Source of the DNA: Felis catus
Lineage: Eukaryota
DNA: 64,000 nucleotides
Reading direction: 5' to 3'
Assembly (NCBI RefSeq): GCF_018350175.1
Contig: NC_058368.1
Span: 12,710,001 to 12,774,000 of the forward strand
Part shown: positions 12,791-25,040 of the stretch, piece after piece
Numbering within the stretch: position 1 is the first letter of the stretch
Layout: each line of letters begins with the position of its first letter
Notes under the pieces: model-generated
The model's input: only the letters and a program-made list of their open reading frames with translations
What the model was told of the DNA's origin: nothing
The model's database searches: none
Made by a program: the position numbers and the translations under genes

Positions 12791-15019
12791 AAGTTAGAAA
12801 AAGAAGAGCAAACTATACCCAATGTAAGTAGAAGAAAGGAAGTAATAATAATAATAAAGAATAAGCAAAATGAATTAGAAAATGTGTAAACAATAAAGAA
12901 AACTAACAAAGTCAAACATCATTTTTATAAAATAATAAAATTTTTAAATTAGCAAAAGAGAAAACACATCAACAGTAACACAATGGATATTGCTACATAT
13001 TCAAAGATAATAAATATGATATTATAAACAACTTTCTGCCAATAAATATGCCAAACATATAGAATCAACCAAATCTTTGAAAAACTCATCTTACCAAAAC
13101 AGATTAAAAGGGTAATTGAAAATCTGAAAAGTCTATATATGTTAAATAAATGGAATTTAGAACTCAAATCTTTCAACAAACAAAACTCCAAGCCCAGATG
13201 ATTTCACCAATATTTCTATAAAATATTTAAAGGGAAAAAAAAACAATCTACACAGACTTTGTTAGAAAACAGTGAATGAGGGAACATTTCTCAACTCATT
13301 TTATGGGTCCAGAATAACCTTACTACTAAAATCTGACAAAGATATTAAAAATAAAGATCAATATCCCTTATGAATATACACAGTAAATCCACATTCTTAA
13401 CATAACAGATCGATCCAATACTATACAAAAGTAAAAGTAAATTGACCACATGGGTTTTTATACCAGGAATGCAATCAGTGAAATTAATCAGAGCAATTTA
13501 CCACATTAAATGAATAAAAGAGGTGGGGGGGCTCATATTAACCATCTCAATATTTGCAAAAAAAAAAGCTTTTGACAACATTCATACCTGTTCATTATAA
13601 ATTCAGCAAGCTAAGAATAGAAATTCACTTCCTCATTCTGATAAAGGCTATTTGTGAAAACCCTACAGCTAACATCATATTTAATGGTAAAATACTGAAT
13701 GTTTTCTCCTTAATTTTGGGTTCAGGAAGATTTATGTTCTCATCACTTTATTCAGCAATGTAGTAAGGTTCATAAACATTGCAATAGAGCAAGAAAAAGA
13801 AATAGAACCATAAACATTGAAAATCTATAAGTAAAACTGTCTTACTTGCAGATAGTATGATTATTTATGTAGAAAATTCTAATCAATCTATAAAAGGCTA
13901 CTAAACCTAACAACCTAATTTAGCATGATTCCAGAATACAAGGTCACTATACAAAAATCAGCTTCTATATTCTAGCAGCAAACCAGCATGAAATAAAATT
14001 TTAAATGAATTTTAAAATGCCATTTCCAATATGTCATACCATTTACAAACATTATTTTGAAACCTAACCTAAACATAAAGTTAACACCATAAATCTTACA
14101 GAAAAAAATACAGAATACTTTTGCTACTTTGAAGTAGGTGCAATTTTCTTAGAAAGCCCATAAAAAGCCCTAGACATGAAACAATGATAAATTGGACTTC
14201 ATTAAAAGTTATAAAAGTCTGCTAATGGAAAGACATTATTAACATAAAAAGGCAAGCCACAGACTGGGAGAAAATATTTGCTTGAAGAACACAGACACAC
14301 ATATTTATAAGAAGACAAATCAGTAAAAAATGAGCAAAAGCCTTGAAAAAGGCACTTCACAATAGAAGATATTGTTAATGAGCTCGTGAAAAGATGTCCA
14401 ACATCATTCATTACCACGGAAATGCAATCAAAGATACCAAATAGCATTTCACACCGACTAGAATGGCTAAAATTTCTAAAGACATACACCAACTGTGGGA
14501 GACGATGTGGAGTGAATGGAGCTCTCACACACTGCTGATGAAGTAAATCACAACCATTTTGGCAAAGTTTGGCAGAATTTTTATGAGCTAAATAAAAATA
14601 AATATACTATACCATCTGTAAATCCATTTTAGAAATAAAAATGTATGCCTACAAAAGGCTTATTCAAGAATGTTTGCTGTTGCTGTATTCATAATAGTCC
14701 CAAACTAGAAACACTCCAAGCAGCCCAAACTAGAAATAACCCGATGTCCTTCAACAGCATGTATGAACAAATCATGGTATATTCCTACAATGGAGTACTA
14801 ATTAGCAATAAAAAATGATGGACTATTGAGGCATGTACTGCGAAGATACTCTATAAATGTTTGTGAAAACAACCTACTTCTCTTTAGACTCAGCTCCAGT
14901 GTCTGCGACCCTCAGAGAGATTTTGACCTCCACTGGCCTCACTACAGACACAGTAAGATGCTGCCTCTGGTGTCATTCAGTTGTTCTTAAAACACAGCAT
15001 TGGGGATATATATGGTTTC

Positions 15020-15140
15020 TTTTTCACCTCTCTCACCAGACCAAGAGCTCCTGAAAGTCAGTGATGGTCTTGCTCACTTATGAATCACCAACATCCCACC
15101 CAGCACTGAACATAGTGTTTAAACTCAATAGATATTTGAG
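15020..15140 (+). mobile_element. L2 3' end
   Basis: accagaccaagagctcctgaaagtcag...cagcactgaacatagtg...ctcaatagatatttg. Confidence 0.6.
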
Positions 15141-15339
15141 AAAGATTAAAGAACCCTGGGAGGTACATTTTATCTCCTTTGAGTTTTCTAGGGCCAGGAA
15201 TTCCTGTTATTTAGTGTCTGTTAGGTAACAAGTGAATCTCATTCCCTGTATGTAAGAACTGGACTTCTGATATAGGTCTCTCCTTCAATGTTTGTTTTTA
15301 TTACCAAATGCTTGTGCAGATTAGTTGGGATCTGGCTTA

Positions 15340-15660
15340 CTAACGGCGCAGCCTATCAGAATCCCTGAAAGGGGGATGCCATCCTGTTTGGCTGGAGCGC
15401 GATGGCAGGGGTGGGAGGTGAGGTGGGCAGTGCCATCCTGAGGACAACAGTTGCTATTTTGTTACTTCCTGGATGAGGGGGCAGAGCAGAACACTTTTGC
15501 TGAGATCTGAGCAGGAGCAAGCCTGGGTACAGAAGTGAGCGGAGGACAAAAGGGGAGTGAGACATTTTAGCCTCTTCATGCTTGAGAAGGCGATTAGGAA
15601 TCATCTTCCCTGGGATAAGGGCGTGGGTAGAAACTAATTCTGTCCTTAACTGCCGGTATA
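15340..15660. promoter_or_regulatory. candidate cis-regulatory element (GC/CpG-enriched unique island)
   Basis: 8 CpGs in ~315 bp against a CpG-poor background; ETS acttcctg, KLF/SP gggcgtggg, GATA ggataag, CTCF-like tgagggggcag. Confidence 0.35.
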
Positions 15661-15800
15661 ACTTGGCAAAAATTGAAAAATATATTCTAAACTTAAGCCT
15701 AGAAAATTGATAATAGTGTCTGACAACATATTTAGAAATTTTGCAAATTCTGTTGGTTAGAAGGCAACTTTATTTACCTAATGGTATCAGAAGAATTCTT

Positions 15801-16024
15801 TTTTTTTTAAACTTTTTTTTTAACGTTTATTTATTTTTGAGACAGGGAGAGACAGAGCATGAGCCGGGGAGGGTCAGAGAAAGAGGGAGACACAGAATCT
15901 GAAACAGGCTCCAGGCTCTGAGCGGTCAGCACAGAGCCCAACTCGGGTCTTGAACTCACTGACCTCAAGATCATGACCTGAGCCTAAGTAGGCCGCTTAA
16001 CCGACTGAGCCACCCAGGAGCCCC
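15801..16024 (-). mobile_element. SINEC_Fc
   Basis: perfect TSD tcagaagaattctt at 15787-15800 and 16025-16038. Confidence 0.96.
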
Positions 16025-16097
16025 TCAGAAGAATTCTTAAATGTATATTCATTCCACTTATAGTCATCTTAAATTCCATTTAAAATAATTCTGTTCT

Positions 16098-16224
16098 GGG
16101 GCACCTGGGTGGTTCAGTCGGTTAAGCATTTGACTCTTGATTTCAGCTCTGGTCATAATCTCACCATCTGTGGGTTCAAGTGCCGCATTGGGCTGTGCGC
16201 TGACCATGTGGAGCCTTGTTGAGA

Positions 16225-16259
<35 letters not shown>

Positions 16260-16319
16260 CCTCTCCCACTCACATACACTCTCTCTCTCTCTCAAAATAA
16301 ATAAATAAACATTTAAAAA
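16098..16319 (+). mobile_element. Can-SINE
   Basis: ggggcacctgggtggttcagtcgg head; TSD ataattctgttct on both sides. Confidence 0.95.
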
Positions 16320-16807
16320 CATAATTCTGTTCTGATTTGGCTTTATATAATGCTTCTTATAGAATTTAAACAGGAAAATGTTTATATAGAAGGCTCTTGG
16401 CATTTTTTATGGATAGGCTGTAACTACTTCTGGGAACGTCAGAAATCAGATGTGACAACACCAGACACAAAGGAGGAGGAGAGAGGGAGAAAAGGAAGAT
16501 TTGTATAAGGGTAAAAGTCAAACGAAATCTAAAACAAAATAAAGCCGTTACCACTTCTATCTCTAAAGAGAAACTTTTGCACCAAATGACTCTCAAATTT
16601 TGGAAACAGTAGGGAAGTATTTTCTGTTAGGAGAATCACATAATTTTCTGACCTACTCTACCAAGCCGTCTTAAGAAACATGTCACCCACTCCCCTTTCT
16701 TATCTTTGCAAGTAGTACTATATGCCACCAGCCTGAGGATTGCCATCACCAGAAGGAAGAGTATGGATTAGCCCAATATATATCCCAACTCAAGAATGGC
16801 AAGTCTT

Positions 16808-16881
16808 GTAGCCTGGGTGGCCCAGTCAGTTAAGCGGCTAACACAGCTTACAGACAGCTCAAAGCCTGGAGCCTGCTTCAG

Positions 16882-16921
<40 letters not shown>

Positions 16922-16993
16922 CCTCCCCACTCACACTCTGTGTCCTTCTCAAAAAATAAAGAAACATTAAAAGAAATTTGTTAAAAAAAAAAA
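16808..16993 (+). mobile_element. SINEC_Fc with internal deletion
   Basis: head gcctgggtggcccagtcagttaagcgg joined via acacagctta to gacagctcaaagcctggagcc; TSD aagaatggcaa(g/a)tct at 16792-16806 and 16994-17008. Confidence 0.9.
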
Positions 16994-18043
16994 AAGAATG
17001 GCAAATCTGGAATGTTAGAGACTCACTTGTATTTGAGTCCATGTTGAGAAGTCACTATTTTTGATACATGGTTTTTTATCTGTAAATTACTACACTGACT
17101 GTGCCTTAAATCAAAAACAAACAAACAAATAAACATGGCCACCAAGATCAAAAGATCAATAAACCTTAAATAATACAATTACAAAATTGATTCTTATAAA
17201 GGAAAACAGAATAAGCCCACAGCTGCCTTCATCAGTATTCTTCCCTCCTTTATTTTTAGAATCATTAAACCATTTTATTTCACTTTTCGATGTCAGTGTA
17301 TTTTTCTGCTTAGATCTACACAGCGTCAATTTGGTATTTACTTTTCCATGTATAATTATTAATTTTTGAATGGCTATAAAGAATATACGATAGTGTAAGT
17401 CATCGTAGATTTACTTTGCATAATTTTAGGCTATTTCTAAGTCAGTAGTTTTTCCATTTAACAGGGTAATGAGTTGGGATTAATACATTTTTTCTTGTTC
17501 TGGACACACACACATGCACATATACACACATTTACAATGTTTTCCTTTTATTTATTCCAGAAATTAAACCAGGGATGTCTTTATTCTTTCTACTTTGTAC
17601 ATGGCACTAATAAATTTATTCCTTAATGAACAGCCTAGTCACTTTTCCCCTAGACATTTTTCCCTACAGACCAGAAAGTTGCTTCTGAGCAACTTCCAAG
17701 TTCAAGTTGAAGGATCAAATATGAGTCGGAATGAGTCCTTTCTCTTTTTCTCAGGATTATATTAAAACAAAACTATTCTAATAGGCATTCAGGTAATTAA
17801 CTTCAGCTTCATTCAGCAGGAACCTCACATAATTAGAGTCAAATTTGGCAAAATTCAACCCATTCTTTATGCAGAAGGGGCACCTTAGAGAAATCAAGAC
17901 TCTTCGAAGGACTGATGTAAGAAGGTTAAGAAGAATGTACCCTTTTTATCACAACAGCAACCCTGAACGTCCACAACTAAACTAATAACAAAATTGCCAA
18001 GCACTGTTCTCACATGCTGTCTTATTTAGAAGAGAAAACAATC

Positions 18044-18089
18044 GTCTACGGCCATACCACCCTGAACGCGCCCGATCTCGTCTGATCTC
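18044..18089 (+). pseudogene. RNA5SP: 5S rRNA 3'-truncated (tailless) retropseudogene, nt 1-46
   Basis: gtctacggccataccaccctgaacgcgcccgatctcgtctgatctc matches the mammalian 5S rRNA 5' end; perfect 15-bp TSD agaagagaaaacaat at 18028-18042 and 18090-18104; no poly(A). Confidence 0.96.
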
Positions 18090-21085
18090 AGAAGAGAAAA
18101 CAATGTTACCAGTCAGAGTTTTTGTATGTTCCATATTGTTTGTTAGAGATTTCTAGAACGAGCCAAATTTGTGGCTTGGCCACAGATAAATATTCAAATG
18201 ATTCATGGTGATTTTTTTTATTGGGCTTTCACTCTGTCAAAGTCTGGAAAATAATATGCATATGTGCTAGGGAAACACTACAGTTTCTGAGTTAAATCTA
18301 CTTTGAATTAGGCAAGTGACATATAGGAGAATTATGGATGATATTATATGGCATTCTTCTTTTTATAAGCATATACCCTATATACAAGTACATTTATATG
18401 GGCAAGAATACAAAACAGATGGAAAAGAAAAACTGCTGGGGTTTAACATCATTTTTTGAACTCTCCAGAGCCAAGGAATCACTGGACAAAAAATCAATAC
18501 AGTCTCATTGCCTCTCTCCCTGGCCCTATTCTATCAGAAACACTATCATGTGTTGTAAATCTTTAATTTGCTTCTAATGTAGCAACAATCTCAGAAGGTT
18601 TTCAGTCGTTCAGATAACTCATACAAGCCCAGGATCGTTGGGTTTATGAATATAAAAGGAATAAAATGTGCGTCAATGGCAAATGAGAGCCTTTTATTGA
18701 ATCAAATATAACTTATATAACATGTTCCAGCAGTCCTTGCTTCTCTTTCACATTTATATAATTTTTGTATATTTGCTAATGACTTCCAGCTCACTTTTAT
18801 TATCTGTTTGTCACAGCCACCCCGTGAGCTAAGTGAGAGTAGCTTGCTTTAAAGGCAAGGTGCCGGAGGAATGGAGAAATGAAGCTAGTTTCCCAGAGTG
18901 CACCAGCAAAGCAGTCGCTGATCCAGATGGCACAAATTCCCTGTCCCTTAGTCCCTCACTCATTAGCCACTAAGTCCCAGTTCCTCTCATCTCTTCACAC
19001 CCCAAAAGCTTCTTACCCTCAGCTTATTTTAATGAAGCCCGCGAGACCTCCTTTTGGCTGGTTTTCAGGCCCTTTTCCTTTCACTCCACCACTTTCCTAG
19101 CCTGTAGGAAAGATTTACTCCAAAGCCTATGGAAAAGTTAATTTGCTGATACGTATTTCTAATTGGCCTGCTGTGGCCACTGCGTATCACTTTTCCCTTC
19201 AGAGGTGCTGACTGTGTGCCTTTCCTACAGAAACTCACAGTATCCACTCTCCTCTGAGGTGCAGTATTGAGTTCTACTAGTCCCTCACGACCTTCACTCC
19301 CTTTGACTTGCTAATAGAATCTTATCCAAAGGTAAAGTGTGGGAAAAATTAAACAAAGGGGAAGAATTTTTGTAAATGCCCATGTCTGTGGAATTTTATC
19401 TTGTTCTTCATGGTATTAGATATGCTCCAGCCCATATCACTACTTACCTGCTCAGACACAAATTTTCTTGTACATATTCTGTCCTGAGAACCTGTGAATC
19501 CTACCGTCCTAATCTTTCTTCACCTTCTCTCATCACTCTAATGGCTGTAATATGGTAAATGCAAGAAAGGAATTTCTCTCTTTTCTAACACCTCCCCATC
19601 CTTGTCTTACTGTGTAGACAGTACGATCCTAGACTCCCGAGTTAGAAAGATTCAGATCTCCTTAGTTAAAAATGAACTCAATTGGCATTTGTTATGAATC
19701 CTTTTGATACATAAAACTGCATTTTAAAAAAGATGCTCTGGTCGTTGTGAATTAGATGCAAAGTCCCTGCTGGTATCGCAGGGTGTATAAGGAGTATGTC
19801 CAGTCCAGGGCAGTGCTAAATCACTGCTTTTATGAGCTTGGAGTGGCACTCACTTGGTATTCTCTTTCTTAAACAATAATCCCTGGCTAGTATAAGCAAT
19901 AGGGATTTATAACACCACATGTAATTTTAGTGACCATCCAAAATATATTACCCTCCTTTTATGGGAATACCAGGTGACATCTTTCTATACAAAACCATTT
20001 ATCTAGTTCTCAAAATAGCCAGGTATTATGCTAAGTTAAAATCAAAATTATCTGGACTATTCCTAAAATTGGCAGATATTAATAAGTGTGTTTTTAGCTT
20101 TCTTTCCTTAAAGCATTTAGAATATCCTCTTTGTGTTCTTATGTTGATAGATAGTGTATAAAAGATATGACTTTGTCTGGTTGATGATTGAAGAAGTCTT
20201 AGCATTCCATGTCATAATGCTGACTCCCACACCTCATTGTACAAGACATGTAGATACAGCTATGAGCTTTGGACTAAAACATGCCAAAGCTAGGAAATAA
20301 ACAGGGCTATTTGTGTTTGCTTGTTATTTTAATCAAATCTCCACAGCAGTCCTATTTGTTGCATTTTAATCAGTTGGAGTTTCAGATTTCTAGGGTAGAG
20401 TGACAATTAAGATGCTGTAGGCTGCTAATTTTTACTTTTATTTCCTCAAATGTTTATAGAAATATGAATACTTCCAGTATTCAAACTGCCATACTCAAAG
20501 ATCAGGTGAAAATCTTATCATGATAGCTGGTGAGCCGATAAAAGTAATTTGGAGTAAAAATGATGGTTACAATAATGGAAAGAAAGAATTCTGTCATGGT
20601 AACACATTTCCACTAGATCTGAAGTAAAAAGAAAATCATCCATCACAAGAGTCTAAATAGAGTTTGTTAAGTCACAGCAAAATTTCTGATTATACTGTTG
20701 CTGCAAGAAACCAGTTTTCATTATAACGACGTTGTCACTATTTGCATTTACTAGCTTAATTTACCAAATGGCACTAATTGATACAGGTTGATTGTGATAT
20801 TGTCCATCTACAGCTAATACATACAATCAGTACATTATAGGTAATTTACTTAAATCAGAAGAACATATGAGTTATTGAGGCTAGGCCTAAGGTGTCAACT
20901 TTTGAGCCCTTGTACAGTCATTTCTGATCTAATCCAATTGCTTACTTTCTCTGAAATATGCTTTCCAGCAATTCTGGCATTAGTGAGCCAGTTAATCAGC
21001 AATATTCAGCACTACTTTGACCAGATATATTATTTAGAACCTTGTGAGTTAGTCTATGGCATCCTATTAGAATTATAGGTTTTCA

Positions 21086-21310
21086 GGGGCGCCTGTGTGG
21101 CTCAGTCGGTTAAACATACGACTCTTGATTTTGGCTCAGGTCATGATCTAACGGTTTGTGAGTTCGAGCCCTGTGTCAGGCTCTGTGCCAGAAGCGTGGA
21201 GCCTGCCTGGGATTCTTTCTCTCTCTTCCTTTCTATCTCTCCCTCTCCTGCTTGTGCTAGCTCTCTCTCTCCATCAAAATAAATAAATAAACATTTAACA
21301 AAATTTTTAA
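21086..21310 (+). mobile_element. Can-SINE
   Basis: ggggcgcctgtgtggctcagtcggttaa...aaaataaataaataaacattt. Confidence 0.95.
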
Positions 21311-24184
21311 AGAATAATATTTTTATATAAATTCATATTCAGAAGATCAGTAGGCTAGTTCCATTTCACTGTCTCTGTATTCTACCTACCTATCTTGAAA
21401 TCAACTCGGATGTAGTTAAGAAGAAATTTTGTTCCAGTGTAGAAGTATTTTATTCCTTAAGTCCAGAAAATGGACTGAGATCAAAGTGGGAGCCAAAACT
21501 TTTGTTTCTTTCTGTAGAAAAAAATATTTTGGCAAAATAATCACCAACTTTTATTACTTCTCCTTACTGATATATATTTTATTTTCCAATCTTATTATTT
21601 ACAGTTTTATTCTGCGAGAAAAATGAATTTCAGAAAGAAAGAAATCTATCAGCTACTTACTTTTCTACAAGGATAAATTCTCATTGTTTTCTACATATCA
21701 ATCATTATGTCACAATGTCCTATATTCTAATTGTTTTCATTTCTATTTAAGAGGCAATGAGCAAGGCATAATGTCTTTCAAAAGCATAGTGATCATTCAC
21801 AGAACTGAATAACAATCAATGAAATGATAACCTAAGACCTGAATAAACATGGCATTAGTGCTAGAAAATGTCAACCCTCCTGCTTCAAAAGGGCAAAAAT
21901 GTCACTGGACCCAAGCTAGCATTTTTTATTTCGTACAATGAACTTACCCTGCAATTCTCCAAAAGACTCATTTAATTCCTATTAAGAAGTGTGTGGTGAA
22001 TTGTAAATGACATTGATGATAAATAGTGCTTGATAATGCCAGCTATATTATTCAGCAATGTCATTCATGGCATTTAACCCTTCCGGGCATTTAGAAAGAC
22101 CTTACCTTCTAATTTCCTCTTGTCATCCAAATGCCGTCTAATGCTATTTACCAAAGAATTTGATGGTTACCTTTAATCATATGATAACCTTTTTTTTTGT
22201 GGCACATAAATGGAAGTTCTAAATGAATGCTAGGGCTTTATAGCAGATTCTTTTAAATAGTACCATAGATCATACCCCATCTGCCTTATCCATAAGATGA
22301 ACTTAAGGTTCTTAACACAAAGAACGTAGCTAATGCAAAGAAACAAAAAAATATTGGCCTCGAAATTCACATTTCATGTGTTATTTAGTCATTATCCAGC
22401 TTAGTGGATGTTAAATTGCGTAAAATACGGGGGAAAAAAGCACATTCTTTGCTTAATGTCCTTCATAGATTGCATCTGCGGCCTCCTATTCTGTATCGAG
22501 CTCTACATGAATGATTGGCACAATTTTTAAAATGTAATCACTGCACAGAACAGTTAGGTTGTGTTTGATTGCATCTTCAGAATAATGTTAAAAAGGAAAG
22601 AAGTCAGATGATACGATATACTTTCCTCTCAGGCTGGTTCTAAGTTTCATTATTCAACTATATTATGTAAAAACCAAATTGCAGAATGGGAGGATTTAGC
22701 CTGGCATCTAAGGTCAGGAGGAGAGGGTGATGTAATCTGGTAGCAGGACCTGTGGCCCTACCTCTCAGGGTGGTGTTGGGAAATGAGCTGACCCAGTGGG
22801 GAGCATTTTCACTGTTGACCGCCCTCTTGGGGCTCCCAATCTGAACTCTGTACACAGGGTTTTCAGAAGGACTCAGAGATGACAACAAGACCATATTTGT
22901 TTGCATCATTCAAATGGATTCTTCAGATAGTCTAAACACTACTCTTTTGTCTTTCAAAGGACAAAACTACATTTGATAATTTAGTAATAGTTTTTAATAG
23001 ATTGAAAAGAATTTTCATTAAAAGATGGCCATCAGATAAACATGATCATTTAAATAATCTCATTCCCCTCTTACCTTATACCAGAAAATTAAGCATCTAA
23101 TATACCTTATTCATGCTACAACCTGATTTATATCCGCGAGCTAAGAACGCAGCGTGGCATCAACCCATAGCATGTGAAAGTTTTTGCCAAGACATGTCAG
23201 AACTCCTTTAAGGAACAGATCACTCCATGAATTCTAGACTTACTCAACATCAGTGACCTCACAGTTAAAGTATGCCTTAATGATCCAATGGTAGAAACTG
23301 TTCAGTAAATACATAGAATAGTTCTCATTGTTATCAGTGGGCGTTTCCTAGAACTTTTGAACTGTTTCTAAATCCACAACCCCATGGTGTTTGCAAAATT
23401 TGATTTACCAAAGAAATAGACACCTAAAAAGAGCTTCTATTCCAGTCTTCTCTTTCTCCCTCCCTCCCCTACCTTTCTTTCTTGTTTTCTTTCCTTTTTT
23501 AATTTTTTTTTTCAAATGTTGGATTGGAACAGATACATTAAAGTTATTTGGGGTCACCAAATTCTTTCTCTAGGTCTAAATCCTGAAAGGAGCCATGAGG
23601 GGTATATTAATTCAACACAGTGCTTCTACCTTGGACAGAAGCTAAATTATCTAAATTACTGTTGCCTTTTTAAAAAAACTTAACGCACATGCACACATAC
23701 ACACACACATTCATTCATTCACTCCCATTCTCCTATTTCTCTTTCACATGATTAGATTGCCCCTCTAACAGAGAGAAAAACAATGTTCATTGGGCCCCAG
23801 GGAAAGTGATGTAGCTGTAAATGAAGGGTGGAGCGAGGTGGTGAAACACTGGGTGTGATCTGAGTTGGCCTCATCTTTTCTCATGATTTCTCCTTGCTAG
23901 TGCCTGGTGGGTGCAAGATGTACAATGGAGGGAGGGGAAAGGCAGCTATGTGCCAGCTCTCCCTTGGAGATACTACCATAAAGAGACATTTGAGGAGCAT
24001 TTTTTATTTCACCATAAATTATAGAATAAAACAAAGAAGATGACTATCTCAAGACTTAAACCCAGTTCTTCCCTTTTCTTTAGAAAATGCTTCCTAAGCT
24101 CAGAGAAACCTTTTACAGTGCCCACTTTATGAACTCTTCAGTCCATGTACAAAATGTACTGAAGAATAAATAGTACAACAGAGC

Positions 24185-24420
24185 AGAGAACAGACCATGG
24201 AGCCAGACTGTCCTAAGTTTAAATCCTGGCTCCTACCGTATCCTGTTCTATATCCTTTGTTTAGTGTTCTTACTTGATAAGTGAAAATTAAATATCTACC
24301 TCATAGAGTTGTAGGAAGATGGATGTAACACACTAAGCTCAGATCATTGCTCATGGTAAATGCTCAACACCTCAATACATAGTAGTAAACAAAACTATGG
24401 TGATTATTGTAATGATTACT
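24185..24420 (+). mobile_element. MIR
   Basis: tggagccagactg...aaatcctggctc...tctacctcatagagttgt...tggtaaatgctcaa. Confidence 0.65.
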
Positions 24421-24540
24421 GACACATGCTTTCTTCTTAACCCTCTATTTTAAAGGATATGGGAAATAGCATTTCTCCCCATTCTCCTGGAAAGGAGGAC
24501 TTAGAGGTTCAGTAACTTTACTTGCCATTACTTTTGTTGA

Positions 24541-24672
24541 TAGTGAGATTGTAAGATTCATTGTCCAAACTAGGATATTTTTGAGAGTGAAATGGGGTGC
24601 TAATCCACTGGGGCACTAGGGCAACGGGAATAAACTGGGCTCTCCCTAGAAAACTGGGAGTTTGCCACTCTA
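24541..24672 (+). mobile_element. MER81-like hAT MITE
   Basis: attgtccaaactaggatatttttgagagtgaaatggggtgcta...aaactgggag...cactcta matches recalled MER81 consensus. Confidence 0.65.
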
Positions 24673-24840
24673 ATTACTGTACTACTCAGGAACCTGAGAT
24701 CCTAAACCTTCTTCCTGTTGCAAAGCCTAAACCTGGAGGGAAAGGTGCTAATTTTCTCAAAAACCTATTCTTCTATTTGAAGAAGAATAGGAAATGAGTG
24801 CCCTTGCTCTCCATTCAGACACTCCATTAAAAAATAATTA

Positions 24841-25040
24841 GCCAGGTGGCTCAAGTCACTTAAGCGTCCAGCTCTTGCCTTCAGCTCAGGTCATGATCTC
24901 ACGGTGTGTGGGTTCAAGCCCAGTGTCAGGCTCTGTGCTGACACAGTGAAGTCTGCTTGGGATTCTCTCTCTCTTCCTCTCTCTCTGCCACTCCCCTGTT
25001 CACTCGCTCTGTCTCTCTCTCTCAAAATAAGTAAACTTGA
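24841..25040 (+). mobile_element. Can-SINE (5' end eroded)
   Basis: ggtggctcaagtcacttaagcgtcc...ctcaggtcatgatctc...ctcaaaataagtaaac; flanking aaaaaataatta duplicated. Confidence 0.93.

Larger units (their letters stand above)
8765..14850 (+). mobile_element. old near full-length L1M (L1MC/MD/ME class), degenerate ORF1/ORF2
   Basis: A-rich strand; ORF1-like gagaaaatcttaaaagcagcca and gtcaatctcgaattctatacc; ORF2-like aagcccagatgatttcac, ccaggaatgcaa, cctacagctaacatcatatttaatggt, ttgcagatagtatgatt; 3' end tacaatggagtacta. Confidence 0.88.

Noticed and set aside
17737..17798. 38-nt AG...GT micro-exon candidate (17755-17792)
   Set aside because: Not frame-preserving and no supporting partner exons; such site pairs are common by chance.
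17960..17970. accctgaacg matching 5S rRNA just upstream of the 5S retrocopy
   Set aside because: Only 10 nt with no flanking similarity; treated as coincidence.
21940..22145. Minus-strand donor-like acttac/ccttacc sites
   Set aside because: No convincing acceptor and in-frame stops upstream; better explained as non-coding sequence.
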